Positions 49,580 to 60,852 of a stretch of 64,000 nucleotides of DNA are shown in pieces. The notes below the pieces were generated by a model that was given only the letters and a program-made list of their open reading frames with translations, was not told where the DNA came from and did no database searches. The position numbers were made by a program, and so were the translations under genes. Source of the DNA: Blastocatellia bacterium. GTDB taxonomy: Bacteria > Acidobacteriota > Blastocatellia > UBA7656. How positions within the stretch are numbered: position 1 is the first letter of the stretch; every line of letters begins with the position of its first letter. The stretch lies in contig CAVXWP010000001.1 in assembly GCA_963765495.1 (NCBI GenBank), positions 704,001 through 768,000 of the forward strand. Direction: 5' to 3'.

Positions 49580-50020
49580 TTATTCGAGGGGCGCGACCTG
49601 ATTCAAGACGAGCCAGTAGAGCCCCAGTTGCTTTGTCGCTTCCAAAAATTGCTCGAAATCGACAGGTTTTCGGACATAACTGTTGGCCCCGAGGTTGTAG
49701 CTGTTAATGAGGTCTTCTTCTTCGTCCGAGGATGTGAAGACGACTACGGGCAATCGCCTTGTGCGTTCGTCCTCTCGAATCCTTCGCAAAACCTGCAATC
49801 CGTCTACTTTGGGCAGCTTCAAATCGAGCAGGACCATTTGCGGCATCATGGACATATCACGCCCGGCATAGATTCCGGTCCCGAACAGATAATCGAGCGC
49901 CTCGACACCGTCGCGCGCAACCATTACGTCATTGACGATATTGCCTTTCTTCATAGCGCGCAGGGTCAGAGCCTCATCTCTGGAGTTATCTTCGACCAGT
50001 AGGATGACTTTGTTTTCCAT
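49580..50020 (-). CDS. Single-domain response regulator (Rcp1-like)
   Basis: ILLVEDN, LLDLKLPKVDG, GANSYVRKPVDF. Confidence 0.92.
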   Translation of the reverse strand: MENKVILLVEDNSRDEALTLRAMKKGNIVNDVMVARDGVEALDYLFGTGIYAGRDMSMMPQMVLLDLKLPKVDGLQVLRRIREDERTRRLPVVVFTSSDEEEDLINSYNLGANSYVRKPVDFEQFLEATKQLGLYWLVLNQVAPLE

Positions 50021-51917
50021 ATTTTACCTCCTTGAAATCAGGGAGCGTAAAATAGAAGCTTGCCCCCTTATTCACCTCACCTTCGGCCAGGACCCTACCG
50101 CCGTGTCGGCGAGCGATTCGCTCGACAGTCGCCAGACCAATGCCTGTGCCTTCGAATTCACTATCACTATGGAGACGCTGAAACGCGCTGAACAATCTGT
50201 TTACATAACTGATATCGAATCCCGCGCCGTTATCGCGGACGAAATAAAACATCTCGTCGTCTTTCTGCTCTCGCCCGAAAGTGATTCTCGCCTCTTCCCG
50301 CTTCGACGTGAATTTCCAGGCATTCCCAAGAAGGTTATTGAGCAGGATGCGCAACAACCTCTTATCGCCGTATGTCGTAAGCCCCGCTTCGATGTTGACG
50401 ATCACACGTCGTCCCGCATCTGCACCTTGCAACTCTTCTATTACCCCGCGAGCCATCTCGCTTAGGTCGAGTGTTTCGCGGTGCATCTCGCTGCGCGTCA
50501 CCCGCGAGAGTTGCAGCAGATCATCAATCAGAGATGCCATCTCATTGCTTGCTTCGCATAACTCTCGAAGATAGCCCTTGCCTGTTTCATCAAGTACATC
50601 CGAATAATCTTCCAGCAGCGCCTGAGAGAACCCGTTGATATGCCGCAAGGGGGCGCGCAGGTCGTGCGAGACGGAATAGGAAAAGGTCTCGAGTTCCTTG
50701 TTGGCGTTCTGGAGTTGCGATGTGCGCTCGTTGACGCGCTGCTCAAGCTCTTCATTGAGCCTGTGAACCTCTTCTTCGGCCTGCTTGCGCCCGGTAATAT
50801 CCACAATCGTTCCGAGTATCATTACCCCTTGCTGTGTGTCGAGCGGGTTCAGGCCGATCTCTACCGGAAACTCGCCTCCGTCCTTGCGAAGCCCGAAGAG
50901 GTCCCGCCCGGCCCCCATCGGTCTGGCAACAGGGGTGGCTGTGAATTGACTGCGGTAAGAGCCGTGATGCGCGCGAAATCGTTCCGGCACGAGCATCTCT
51001 ATTGATTGCCCGAGCAATTCATCGCGGCTGTAGCCAAATGTTTTTTCTATCTGCGCGTTGACAAGCGCGATTTTGCCATCCTGATCAACCATCACCATTC
51101 CATTAGGCGCGTGCTCGATAACCTGACGGAATCGCTCCTCGGCGCGTTTGTATTCGGTAATGTCGCGCATTATGACGGTGTAGAGCTTCTGTCCTCCGGC
51201 TTCGACCTGTGAGATAGAAGCCTCGAGAGGGAACTCCTCGCCGTCAGCGCGAACTCCATAAACCGTTTTTGCTCCGGCCATGGCGCGAGTCGTGGTGCCG
51301 GTCTCGCCAAAAGACCGGATATGTGAATAATGGACGGCGCGAAACCGCTCGGGAAGAAAGCGATCAAGCTTATGCCCGATGACTTCCCCGGCAGAGCATC
51401 GAAACATCTTTTCGGCAGCCGCGTTGAAGAGCAGGATGTGCTGCTCGCTATCGACGGTGATGATGGCGTCCATCGCCGAATCAACGATACCGGCGAGCCT
51501 CGCCTGATTTTCGCGCAGCGCCTCTCCGGCACCTTTGCGTTCAAGCAACTGAGTTACCTTCGTAAGCAAACGCACTGGATCGTAAGGTAATTCCAGATAG
51601 TCATCTGCTCCGGCCCTTAAACCTTCAATTACTCTTTCGCTGTCTGCGGGGCCGCCGCTGATCAGAAGAACAGGCGTGGCGCACAGTTCAGAATGCTGAT
51701 TTATCGCGCGGCATAACTCGATGCCTCCAAGGCGCGGTATCGAGATGTTGCTTATGATCAGATCAGGATGTTTCTTTGCGGCAAGCCTAAAGCCTTCCCT
51801 CCCATCACTAGAAGATAAAACGCTGTAGCCGGACTGGCACAGTAATAGACACGTCGTCTCCAGTTGACCCGCTCTCTGATCGAGCACCAGAATTTTGACC
51901 CCAGCGTTTTTTTCCAT
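49986..51917 (-). CDS. Sensor histidine kinase (degenerate REC-PAS-PAS-HisKA-HATPase)
   Basis: FSYSVSHDLRAPLR, NLLGNAWKF, DNGAG, GTGIGLA, two PAS domains. The N-terminal REC has N at the phospho-Asp position (LIISNI). Confidence 0.9.
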   Translation of the reverse strand: MEKNAGVKILVLDQRAGQLETTCLLLCQSGYSVLSSSDGREGFRLAAKKHPDLIISNISIPRLGGIELCRAINQHSELCATPVLLISGGPADSERVIEGLRAGADDYLELPYDPVRLLTKVTQLLERKGAGEALRENQARLAGIVDSAMDAIITVDSEQHILLFNAAAEKMFRCSAGEVIGHKLDRFLPERFRAVHYSHIRSFGETGTTTRAMAGAKTVYGVRADGEEFPLEASISQVEAGGQKLYTVIMRDITEYKRAEERFRQVIEHAPNGMVMVDQDGKIALVNAQIEKTFGYSRDELLGQSIEMLVPERFRAHHGSYRSQFTATPVARPMGAGRDLFGLRKDGGEFPVEIGLNPLDTQQGVMILGTIVDITGRKQAEEEVHRLNEELEQRVNERTSQLQNANKELETFSYSVSHDLRAPLRHINGFSQALLEDYSDVLDETGKGYLRELCEASNEMASLIDDLLQLSRVTRSEMHRETLDLSEMARGVIEELQGADAGRRVIVNIEAGLTTYGDKRLLRILLNNLLGNAWKFTSKREEARITFGREQKDDEMFYFVRDNGAGFDISYVNRLFSAFQRLHSDSEFEGTGIGLATVERIARRHGGRVLAEGEVNKGASFYFTLPDFKEVKYGKQSHPTGRR

Positions 51918-52342
51918 TCTCGCGGTTCCTGCTTGATTGCTGAATCTGTTCGGTCTCTTCCCATTGTGATCAAGCTAAAGAGAAAATCACCGGATAATAC
52001 CCTTTAGGCTAACCCAATCTTATAAAAATAAGATTTATGACAGTTTGTGGGGGGGAATCAGTACAGGCAATAAATTATAACAATCTGATTGATGATAAAA
52101 AATCAGCAAAAACTGGATTCTTATGTAAGGATAAAGACAGTTTGCCTGTCGGTGTTTCCCTTACGAAATGCTCTTTGAGGAGATGGATCGGCAAACAATA
52201 GCGCAAAGGGAGTTGCGGAAGAAATTCTTGTGCGGGCCGGTGCCGGTGGGGAGGGAGACGACCGTTCACCATCCCGAATTTAGGATTTCGATCACGGCCC
52301 TTGATTCTGCTCAGCCTGGCCTCTCTCCAAATCATCGGCGCG

Positions 52343-52975
52343 TTAATCAACAAGATCATTTTTTATAGCATAATGAGTGATTTCGGCGTTTGTCTTCATG
52401 CGCATCTTCTCAAGGATGCGCGATCTGTAGGTGCTGATGGTCTTGTCGCTTAGGGCAAGCATCTCGGCTATCTCGCTTACGGTCTTGCCCGACGCGATCA
52501 GCCGCATAACCTCGAACTCACGATCCGAGAGGGCTTCGTGAGGCGGGCGGTCCGTGCCTCTTTCGATGTCGAAGACGAGTTTTTCGGCAAGCGAGGAGCT
52601 TACATAGCGTCCGCCTTCGATCACTTTATTGACGGCCCTGACGAGTTCGACACGCGAAGAGTCTTTTGTGATATAACCGGCAGCGCCTGCCTTAAATGCC
52701 CGGCGCGCATACTGTTCCTCGGAATACATGGTCAGAATAAGCACGGGGAGTTTCGGGCGGATATGTTTTATTTCCTTCAGGACATCCAACCCGTTTTTTC
52801 CGGCCAGAGATATAGCGAGGATCACAACATCCCAACTTTCCTGGCTGGCGAGTTTGACGGCTTCCTGAGCAGTGCCGGCTTCGCCAAAGGTGATTTCACT
52901 GAATTGCTCGGCGAGGATTTTCTTGACGCCGTCTCGCACAACCACGTGATTGTCTACTATCAGGATACGCAACAT
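52343..52975 (-). CDS. NarL/LuxR-family response regulator lacking the phospho-acceptor Asp
   Basis: REC plus LSDREFEV..IA..LALS.KTISTYRSRI HTH. It reads VVILAIS where LDIS is expected. Confidence 0.9.
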   Translation of the reverse strand: MLRILIVDNHVVVRDGVKKILAEQFSEITFGEAGTAQEAVKLASQESWDVVILAISLAGKNGLDVLKEIKHIRPKLPVLILTMYSEEQYARRAFKAGAAGYITKDSSRVELVRAVNKVIEGGRYVSSSLAEKLVFDIERGTDRPPHEALSDREFEVMRLIASGKTVSEIAEMLALSDKTISTYRSRILEKMRMKTNAEITHYAIKNDLVD

Positions 52976-53044
52976 GTCCCCTCCTCAGGTGAGGAGCCGG
53001 GTTGTCTGAATGGAATCCTACTTTCCAGCAAGAGAGATTCGGCC

Positions 53045-53513
53045 TCAATCAGAAGCCTGGCTTTGAAGGGGGATTCGCAGTGTCAGGGTCATCCCTTTCC
53101 CGCGAACCCCGATGATATTGATCTTGCCGCCTTTGAGATGAGCGCGTTCCCTCTTACCCAAAAGACCGAGCGAGCGCGACCCGATTATCTCATCTTCTTG
53201 AATACCTCTCCCGTTGTCCTTAATCTCTAAGACGAATTCTCTCACATCTTCTTCCATTATGATACTGACACTGGTTGCTCCGGGAAGAGAGGATATCTGT
53301 CAGGGGCTTCTTGAAAAATGCGGGAAAATGGCTGTTACGTGTTCCCGGCTCAAAGCAGAATTCGTTGCTTTCTAGTCCTTGTTTGAAGTATGGGATCAAG
53401 ATGTCGAGCAGGTTCTGCCGGGTCTCGAAGAAATGGCAGAAGTGCGTTCCCCAGGGTATGTCACCCAAAATGCTTATCCCTGTTTGCCTCAATTCCGTTA
53501 CCATCTCAACCAT
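53045..53513 (-). pseudogene. Remnant of a MEDS-domain NarX/UhpB-type histidine kinase (internal deletion plus frameshifts)
   Basis: MEDS-like start (GDIPWGTHFCHFFET...YFKQGLESNEFC) joins directly to a broken TAIF/RIFQEA/LT..GATSV..LEIKDNGRG..SLGLLG.RERA HATPase end. Single extra C bases disrupt the frame. Confidence 0.75.
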
Positions 53514-53764
53514 CCCCTTTCACGCCCGGAGTGATTGCTCAGAATTTCAGCCTTAATATCTGAGCAATCAGCCCAGATCTAAAGAACAGTTCGCCAGATT
53601 TGTCAAATAAACTCGTGGGAAACCCAAACACCAATCATTATATACCCAATCGCGTGCAATCTTGAGGGCAATGTTGTAGCCTCAGACACGCAAATATTTT
53701 TCCATCAAGGGGGATGTGTGGCATACTTGAGCGGCCTTTTTATACCATCTTGCCACAATAAGAT

Positions 53765-54235
53765 ATGAGCAAGAAACCGACATCACAATGGCGCGATCAT
53801 GGAGTGAAAGTGATTCCGGGCGACCGCCTCGATTCAAATACTCCGCAAACGCCCGGCATGAAGCGCGAGGCAGCCGTCACGCACGCGAGGACCGGAGCCG
53901 CCTCCCTGTGGGCGGGCACGGTCATAATCGAACCCGACGCAAAGACGGGCGCGCACCATCACGGCGAACTTGAAAGCGTGATATATGTAGTCAGCGGACG
54001 GGCGCGCATGCGCTGGGGAGATAATCTCGAATTCACGGCCGAGGCCGGAGCGGGCGATTTTATCTTTGTTCCGCCCTTTGTGCCTCATCAAGAGATCAAT
54101 GCCGCAAGCGACGAAGCTCTCAGTTGCGTGCTGGTGCGAAGCGGACAGGACCCGGTGGTCGTCAATCTGGACATCGAGCCGGTAGAGAAACCGGAAGATG
54201 TCTACTGGGTTGACCCGATTCACCCGCATCCGTGA
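53765..54235 (+). CDS. Cupin domain protein
   Basis: TGAHHHGELESVIYVVSG...GDFIFVPPFVPHQEIN. Confidence 0.9.
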   Translation: MSKKPTSQWRDHGVKVIPGDRLDSNTPQTPGMKREAAVTHARTGAASLWAGTVIIEPDAKTGAHHHGELESVIYVVSGRARMRWGDNLEFTAEAGAGDFIFVPPFVPHQEINAASDEALSCVLVRSGQDPVVVNLDIEPVEKPEDVYWVDPIHPHP

Positions 54236-54282
54236 CAGACGGATGCGCATTCGATCTATATTTCGATCTGGAGGGAGTTACT

Positions 54283-57048
54283 ATGACGGCAAGATCCGTG
54301 CGATTATTATTCGCGCTCGTTTGTATGATGATGCTTTTATTGACCCGCGCGCCTCTTGCGTCCGCGACTCAGACAGAAGCAACAGTCACGGGGCTTCGGA
54401 CCGAGTACAAGGCGAACCCAATCGGGATTGACGCTCTGCGACCCCGCCTGAGCTGGCAAATTCAAGCGCCCGGGCGCGGGCGCTCGCAATCGGCCTATCA
54501 AATCCGCGTAGCGAAAAATGAACGCGATCTTCTGGCCGGAAAATCTCTGCTGTGGGATTCGGGCAAAGTGGTTTCGGATGAGTCGGTTCATCGCGTTTAT
54601 GAGGGGGCCGCGCTTGAATCGGGAGGGCGGTATTTCTGGCAGGTACGAGTCTGGGATGCAGGCGATAAGGCGACCGATTGGAGCGCGCCCGCCTTCTGGG
54701 AAATGGGGATGCTCAATTCCGGTGATTGGAAAGCCGCGTGGATCGAGCCTGACTTGCAGGAAGACGTTAAAGAATCGAACCCCGCCCCCATGCTGCGCCG
54801 CGAATTCAAACTGAACGGCCCGATTGCGCGCGCGCGCGCCTATGTGACCAGTCACGGGCTCTATGAACTGCATCTGAACGGCCAGCGCGTAGGCGATCAA
54901 CTCTTCACACCCGGCTGGACGAGTTACAACAAACGACTCCAGTACCAGACCTATGATGTGACGAACCTCTTGAAGAGCGGTGAAAATGCCGCAGGCGTGC
55001 TGCTCGGCGACGGCTGGTATCGCGGGAATCTTGCGTGGGGAGGCAGGCGCAACATCTACGGCGAGCGGCTCGCGCTCCTGCTCGAAATCCGTGTCACATA
55101 CAAAGACGGGCGTGAAGAGGTCATCACGACCGATCAGGGCTGGAAAGCGGCTACGGGCCCAATCCTGATGTCGGAAATTTATCACGGCGAAACCTATGAT
55201 GCTCGATTAGAGAAGGCCGGATGGACGAACGCCGGGTTTGCAGACGCGCAATGGAAGGGTGTGAAGATAGCCGATTATCCGAAAGATGATCTGGTTGCGC
55301 CCGCCGGTCCTCCCGTTCGGAGGATCAAAGAGATAAGGCCCGTCAAGATTTTCAAAACGCCCGAGGGCGACACCGTAGCCGATATGGGTCAGAACATGGT
55401 CGGCTGGATCAGGCTCAAGGTTCAGGGAGGGGCCGGCACGGTTGTCACGCTCCGGCACGCGGAGGTGCTCGACAAGGAGGGAAATTTCTACACGGAAAAT
55501 CTCCGCGCCGCAAAGGCGACCACCCGGTACACGCTCAAAGGCGGCGGGGTAGAGACATTCGAGCCTCATTTCACCTTCTTCGGCTTTCGCTATGTGGCCG
55601 TGAGCGGTTATCCCGGCGAACTCGCGCCGGACGATTTGACCGGAATAGTAGTTCATTCCGACATGCAGCCGACGAGCGAGTTTGAAACCTCAAACGGGCT
55701 TATCAATCAGCTTCAACACAATATTTTGTGGGGGCAGAAGGGCAACTTCCTCGATGTTCCTACCGATTGCCCGCAACGCGATGAGCGGCTGGGATGGACG
55801 GGCGACGCGCAGGTATTTGCGCGCACTGCCGCCTTCAACATGGATGTAGCCGGATTTTTTACCAAGTGGCTCAAAGATGTAGCCGCCGATCAATTTGACT
55901 CGGGCAGTGTTCCCTATGTCATACCAAACGTGCTTGGCAACACGGCGGGCGGTTCAGCCGCGTGGGCCGATGCGGCGGTCATAATTCCCTGGACGGTTTA
56001 TCTCAGCTACGGCGACAAGCGGATTCTGGAAGAGCAGTACGCGAGCATGCAAAAATGGGTCGAATACCAGAGAGTGCGCGCGGGCGAGGATTACATCTGG
56101 GACGGCGATTTTCATTTTGGGGACTGGCTGGCCTTTGCAACCACCTCGCCTGATTATCCGGGCGCGACCACGAGCAAAGACTTTATCGCCACGGCCTTTT
56201 ATGCTCACTCGACCGATCTGCTGCAAAGAATCGCTCGGGTTCTCGGCCATCAGGAGGACGCAAGGCGCTACGGCGAACAACTCGCCAAAATAAAGGCGGC
56301 GTTTCGCCGTGAGTATGTGACCGAGGCAGGGCGTGTAGGCGAAAATACGCAGACCGCCTACGCCGTGGCCCTGCAATTCGATCTGCTGCCGGATGAGTTG
56401 CGCCCGGTCGCTGCCCGAAGGCTTGCCGAAGAGATTCGTCAACGCAAGCATCTGACGACAGGCTTTGTAGGCACGCCTTACCTCTGCCACGTGCTCAGCC
56501 GTTACGGGTATCTGGAAGAGGCTTATATGTTGCTCAAACGCGAGCAGTATCCTTCGTGGCTTTATCCGGTCAAGCAGGGGGCGACGACCATCTGGGAGAG
56601 GTGGGACGGTCAGAAGCCCGACGGCACGTTTCAGGATAAGGGGATGAACTCGTTCAATCATTACGCCTACGGGGCCATAGGCGAATGGATGTATCGAGTA
56701 ATGGCCGGAATCGAGATAGATGAAAAGTCACCCGGGTACAAACATATTTTCATTCAACCTCTTCCGGGCGGCGGGTTCACAAGCGTCAGGGCGAGCCACG
56801 ATTCCCTGTACGGCAAAGTGAGTTCCGCCTGGACGATCAAAGACGGCAGGTTCGAACTCGCCGTCGAGATACCGGCAAATACGAGCGCAACCGTGCGGCT
56901 GCCAAAAGCGGAGCTTGCCACGGTCACCGAATCCGGGCATGCGCTTGCCGATGAAAACGGCGTAACGGCAAGCAGGCAGGAAGGCGATACGGTAATCGTT
57001 GAAATCGGGTCGGGGCGATACGTGTTTAGCTACGCTATGGGGAAATGA
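54283..57048 (+). CDS. Alpha-L-rhamnosidase (GH78), secreted
   Basis: Signal peptide, DMGQNMVGW, PTDCPQRDERLGWTGD, GATTIWERW, SFNHYAYG. GGAGGGAG RBS before 54283. Confidence 0.95.
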   Translation: MTARSVRLLFALVCMMMLLLTRAPLASATQTEATVTGLRTEYKANPIGIDALRPRLSWQIQAPGRGRSQSAYQIRVAKNERDLLAGKSLLWDSGKVVSDESVHRVYEGAALESGGRYFWQVRVWDAGDKATDWSAPAFWEMGMLNSGDWKAAWIEPDLQEDVKESNPAPMLRREFKLNGPIARARAYVTSHGLYELHLNGQRVGDQLFTPGWTSYNKRLQYQTYDVTNLLKSGENAAGVLLGDGWYRGNLAWGGRRNIYGERLALLLEIRVTYKDGREEVITTDQGWKAATGPILMSEIYHGETYDARLEKAGWTNAGFADAQWKGVKIADYPKDDLVAPAGPPVRRIKEIRPVKIFKTPEGDTVADMGQNMVGWIRLKVQGGAGTVVTLRHAEVLDKEGNFYTENLRAAKATTRYTLKGGGVETFEPHFTFFGFRYVAVSGYPGELAPDDLTGIVVHSDMQPTSEFETSNGLINQLQHNILWGQKGNFLDVPTDCPQRDERLGWTGDAQVFARTAAFNMDVAGFFTKWLKDVAADQFDSGSVPYVIPNVLGNTAGGSAAWADAAVIIPWTVYLSYGDKRILEEQYASMQKWVEYQRVRAGEDYIWDGDFHFGDWLAFATTSPDYPGATTSKDFIATAFYAHSTDLLQRIARVLGHQEDARRYGEQLAKIKAAFRREYVTEAGRVGENTQTAYAVALQFDLLPDELRPVAARRLAEEIRQRKHLTTGFVGTPYLCHVLSRYGYLEEAYMLLKREQYPSWLYPVKQGATTIWERWDGQKPDGTFQDKGMNSFNHYAYGAIGEWMYRVMAGIEIDEKSPGYKHIFIQPLPGGGFTSVRASHDSLYGKVSSAWTIKDGRFELAVEIPANTSATVRLPKAELATVTESGHALADENGVTASRQEGDTVIVEIGSGRYVFSYAMGK

Positions 57049-57106
57049 TCGCGGGATGTCGGCGGCAATTAATGACAAAAGCATATTTGATTGAGAGGCA
57101 AATACG

Positions 57107-57199
57107 AATAGGCCACGGATGACGCGGATGCGACGGATTTTCGCGGATCTGACTCTTTATGAGCTAATCCGCGTCGATCCGTGTCATCCGTGGCCTATT
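57107..57199. repeat. Palindromic element built of 9-mer (..CGGAT) repeats
   Basis: AATAGGCCACGGATGACGCGGAT ... ATCCGTGTCATCCGTGGCCTATT. Confidence 0.8.
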
Positions 57200-57228
57200 T
57201 CTTCTTACGCTACTTTGGAAATCCTTAA

Positions 57229-59421
57229 ATGAAGAACGAGAACCCGGAATACAAGTTTGTAAAAAACCTCTGGCAGGATGAAGAGGCTGACCGTCTGAGT
57301 GGAGTAGATCGTCTGGTCTATCGCTCTAATAAACTCGGCGAGGATTTGACGCTTACAAACACGGGCGGCGGCAATACCTCTTCCAAGCTGATCGAGCAAG
57401 ACCCGCTCACCGGCGAAAGCGTCGAGGTGTTATGGATCAAAGGGTCGGGCGGCGATTTGCGCACAGCGCGTCCCGAGGGCTTTGCCTCGCTTTATCTCGA
57501 AAAGGTGCGGCGGATGAAATCGCTCTACCTCGGCAGCCCCGAGCGCGGGCCAAAGACCAGAATCGAAGACGAAATGTACCCGATGTATAGCCACTGCGTC
57601 TTCAATCTGAACCCGCGAGCCTGTTCTATTGATACGCCTTTGCACACGCTCGTTCCTTACCGCCACGTTGACCATCTGCATCCAAACGCGGTCATAGCAA
57701 TCGCCGCTTCGGTAAATCAGGAAAAGCTTTGCAAAGAGATTTACGGCGACGAAGTGATCTATATCCCGTGGCAGCGACCGGGCTTTGACATAGGCTTGAA
57801 GATCGAGCAGTTGATAAAAGAGAACCCGCAGGCCAGAGGCGTGCTGCTTGGCCATCACGGGATGAGTTCGTGGAACAACGATGACAAAACCTGCTACGAG
57901 ACGGCGCTTGAGATAATTGACCGCGCGGCTCGCTATATCGAAGAACGCGACCGGGGTGATGAGACCTTCGGCGGACAGAAATACAAACCGCTGGCCGAAT
58001 CCGAAAGAAGGAGGATCATCGCAGAGATCATTTCATTCTTGCGCGGGCAGGTATCGGTTTACAAAAGATTCGTGGGAACGGTTCAGGACGACGAGAAGAT
58101 GTTGCGCTTTGTAAATAGCCGCGATGCGATGCGTCTTGCCGCGCTCGGCACTTCGTGCCCCGATCATTTCCTGCGCACAAAGATCAAGCCGTTCTTCATA
58201 GACTGGAACCCCGAAAGCGGCGACATTGAATCGCTAAAAAAAGCGATCACCGACGGACTGCCTCCGTACCGCAGGGATTACAAGGATTACTATAATCGCT
58301 CGAAACACCCCGACTCGCCCGCGATGCGCGATCCCAATCCCACAGTGGTTCTGATACCGGGTCTCGGTATGATTGCCTGGGGCAAGAACAAAAGCGAGTC
58401 GCGTGTGACCGCTGAATTTTACAACTGCGCCATCGAAGTGATGCGCGGGGCCGAAGCGATAGACGAGTATGAGGCGATGGATCAACAGGAAGCCTTTGAC
58501 ATCGAATACTGGCCGCTTGAAGAGGCAAAGCTTAGAAGACAGCCGCCTGAAAAAGAGCTTGCCCGCCAGATCATCGTCATCATAGGCGCGGGCGCAGGCA
58601 TCGGGCGAGCAACGGCTCATCGTCTGGTAAAAGAAGGCGCGCACGTTGTATGCGTAGACCTTGACGGAGCCGGAGCGGAAAAGACGGCGGAAGAGATCAT
58701 CACCGAGTACGGCGAAGGCATCGGCGTGGCGGGCACAGGGATAAGCAATTGCGGCCCGGCCATCGGGCTTTCGTGCGACATCACAGATCGCCGGAGTGTC
58801 GCTCGAATGTTCGAAGATGTGATGCTTGCCTACGGCGGGTTGGACGCGGTGATAGTGACGGCTGGAATATTCGCCCCGCCCGATAAACGGGGCCGTGTCG
58901 AAGACCATCAGTGGGCGCACACCTTTGCCGTCAACGTCACGGGCGCTTATATCGTCGCCGACGAGGCGCGCAGGATTTTCGAGAAGCAGAATCTGCCCGG
59001 GGCTATAGCGCTTACTACAAGCGCAAATGCCGTCGTAGCCAAGAAGGGAAGCCTCGCTTATGACACGAGCAAAGCCGCGGCCAACCATCTGGTTCGGGAA
59101 CTTGCAATTGAGATGTCGCCGCTGGTCCGGGTAAACGCCGTGGCTCCGGCTACGGTAGTTCGAGGCAGCACGATGTTTCCGCGTGACCGCGTGATCGCCT
59201 CGCTCGCGAAATACGATATAGCTTTTAACGAGGAAGAAGAGACCGACGCTTTAAGAGAGAAGCTTGCGGCATTTTATGCCCGGCGTTCGTTGACACAGAC
59301 TCCTATCGAACCCGAAGATCAGGCCGAGGCTATATTCCTGCTCGTGTCGAAGCGGTTGTCGAAGACTACGGGTCACATCATTCCCGTAGACGGCGGGCTA
59401 CAGGATGGGTTTTTAAGATAG
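57229..59421 (+). CDS. rhaEW: Bifunctional rhamnulose-1-phosphate aldolase / short-chain (lactaldehyde) dehydrogenase
   Basis: GGGNTSSK, KGSGGDL, SIDTPLH, TSCPDHFLRTK, IEYWPLEEAKL, plus a C-terminal SDR domain (GAGAGIG, YDTSK). Confidence 0.9.
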   Translation: MKNENPEYKFVKNLWQDEEADRLSGVDRLVYRSNKLGEDLTLTNTGGGNTSSKLIEQDPLTGESVEVLWIKGSGGDLRTARPEGFASLYLEKVRRMKSLYLGSPERGPKTRIEDEMYPMYSHCVFNLNPRACSIDTPLHTLVPYRHVDHLHPNAVIAIAASVNQEKLCKEIYGDEVIYIPWQRPGFDIGLKIEQLIKENPQARGVLLGHHGMSSWNNDDKTCYETALEIIDRAARYIEERDRGDETFGGQKYKPLAESERRRIIAEIISFLRGQVSVYKRFVGTVQDDEKMLRFVNSRDAMRLAALGTSCPDHFLRTKIKPFFIDWNPESGDIESLKKAITDGLPPYRRDYKDYYNRSKHPDSPAMRDPNPTVVLIPGLGMIAWGKNKSESRVTAEFYNCAIEVMRGAEAIDEYEAMDQQEAFDIEYWPLEEAKLRRQPPEKELARQIIVIIGAGAGIGRATAHRLVKEGAHVVCVDLDGAGAEKTAEEIITEYGEGIGVAGTGISNCGPAIGLSCDITDRRSVARMFEDVMLAYGGLDAVIVTAGIFAPPDKRGRVEDHQWAHTFAVNVTGAYIVADEARRIFEKQNLPGAIALTTSANAVVAKKGSLAYDTSKAAANHLVRELAIEMSPLVRVNAVAPATVVRGSTMFPRDRVIASLAKYDIAFNEEEETDALREKLAAFYARRSLTQTPIEPEDQAEAIFLLVSKRLSKTTGHIIPVDGGLQDGFLR

Positions 59422-59442
59422 GATAGATGCGGAGAGATTGTC

Positions 59443-60741
<1,299 letters not shown>

Positions 60742-60743
60742 TT

Positions 60744-60771
60744 GGGGGCCGGGGGCCGGGGGCCGGGGGCC
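60744..60771 (+). repeat. (GGGGGCC)4 heptamer array after rhaI
   Basis: Four exact copies. A short complementary CCCCGGCCCC lies near 60836. Confidence 0.85.
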
Positions 60772-60852
60772 AGGGTTCTCTGGGATGAGAAGCGCTATTA
60801 AATTTCAACTCGCGGTATGTACTCCACAACCTGTTCCCCGGCCCCTACTCTT

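Noticed and set aside
52075-52368. Short ORFs between the kinase and the NarL regulator
   Set aside because: No recognisable motif or convincing RBS, so they are not supported.
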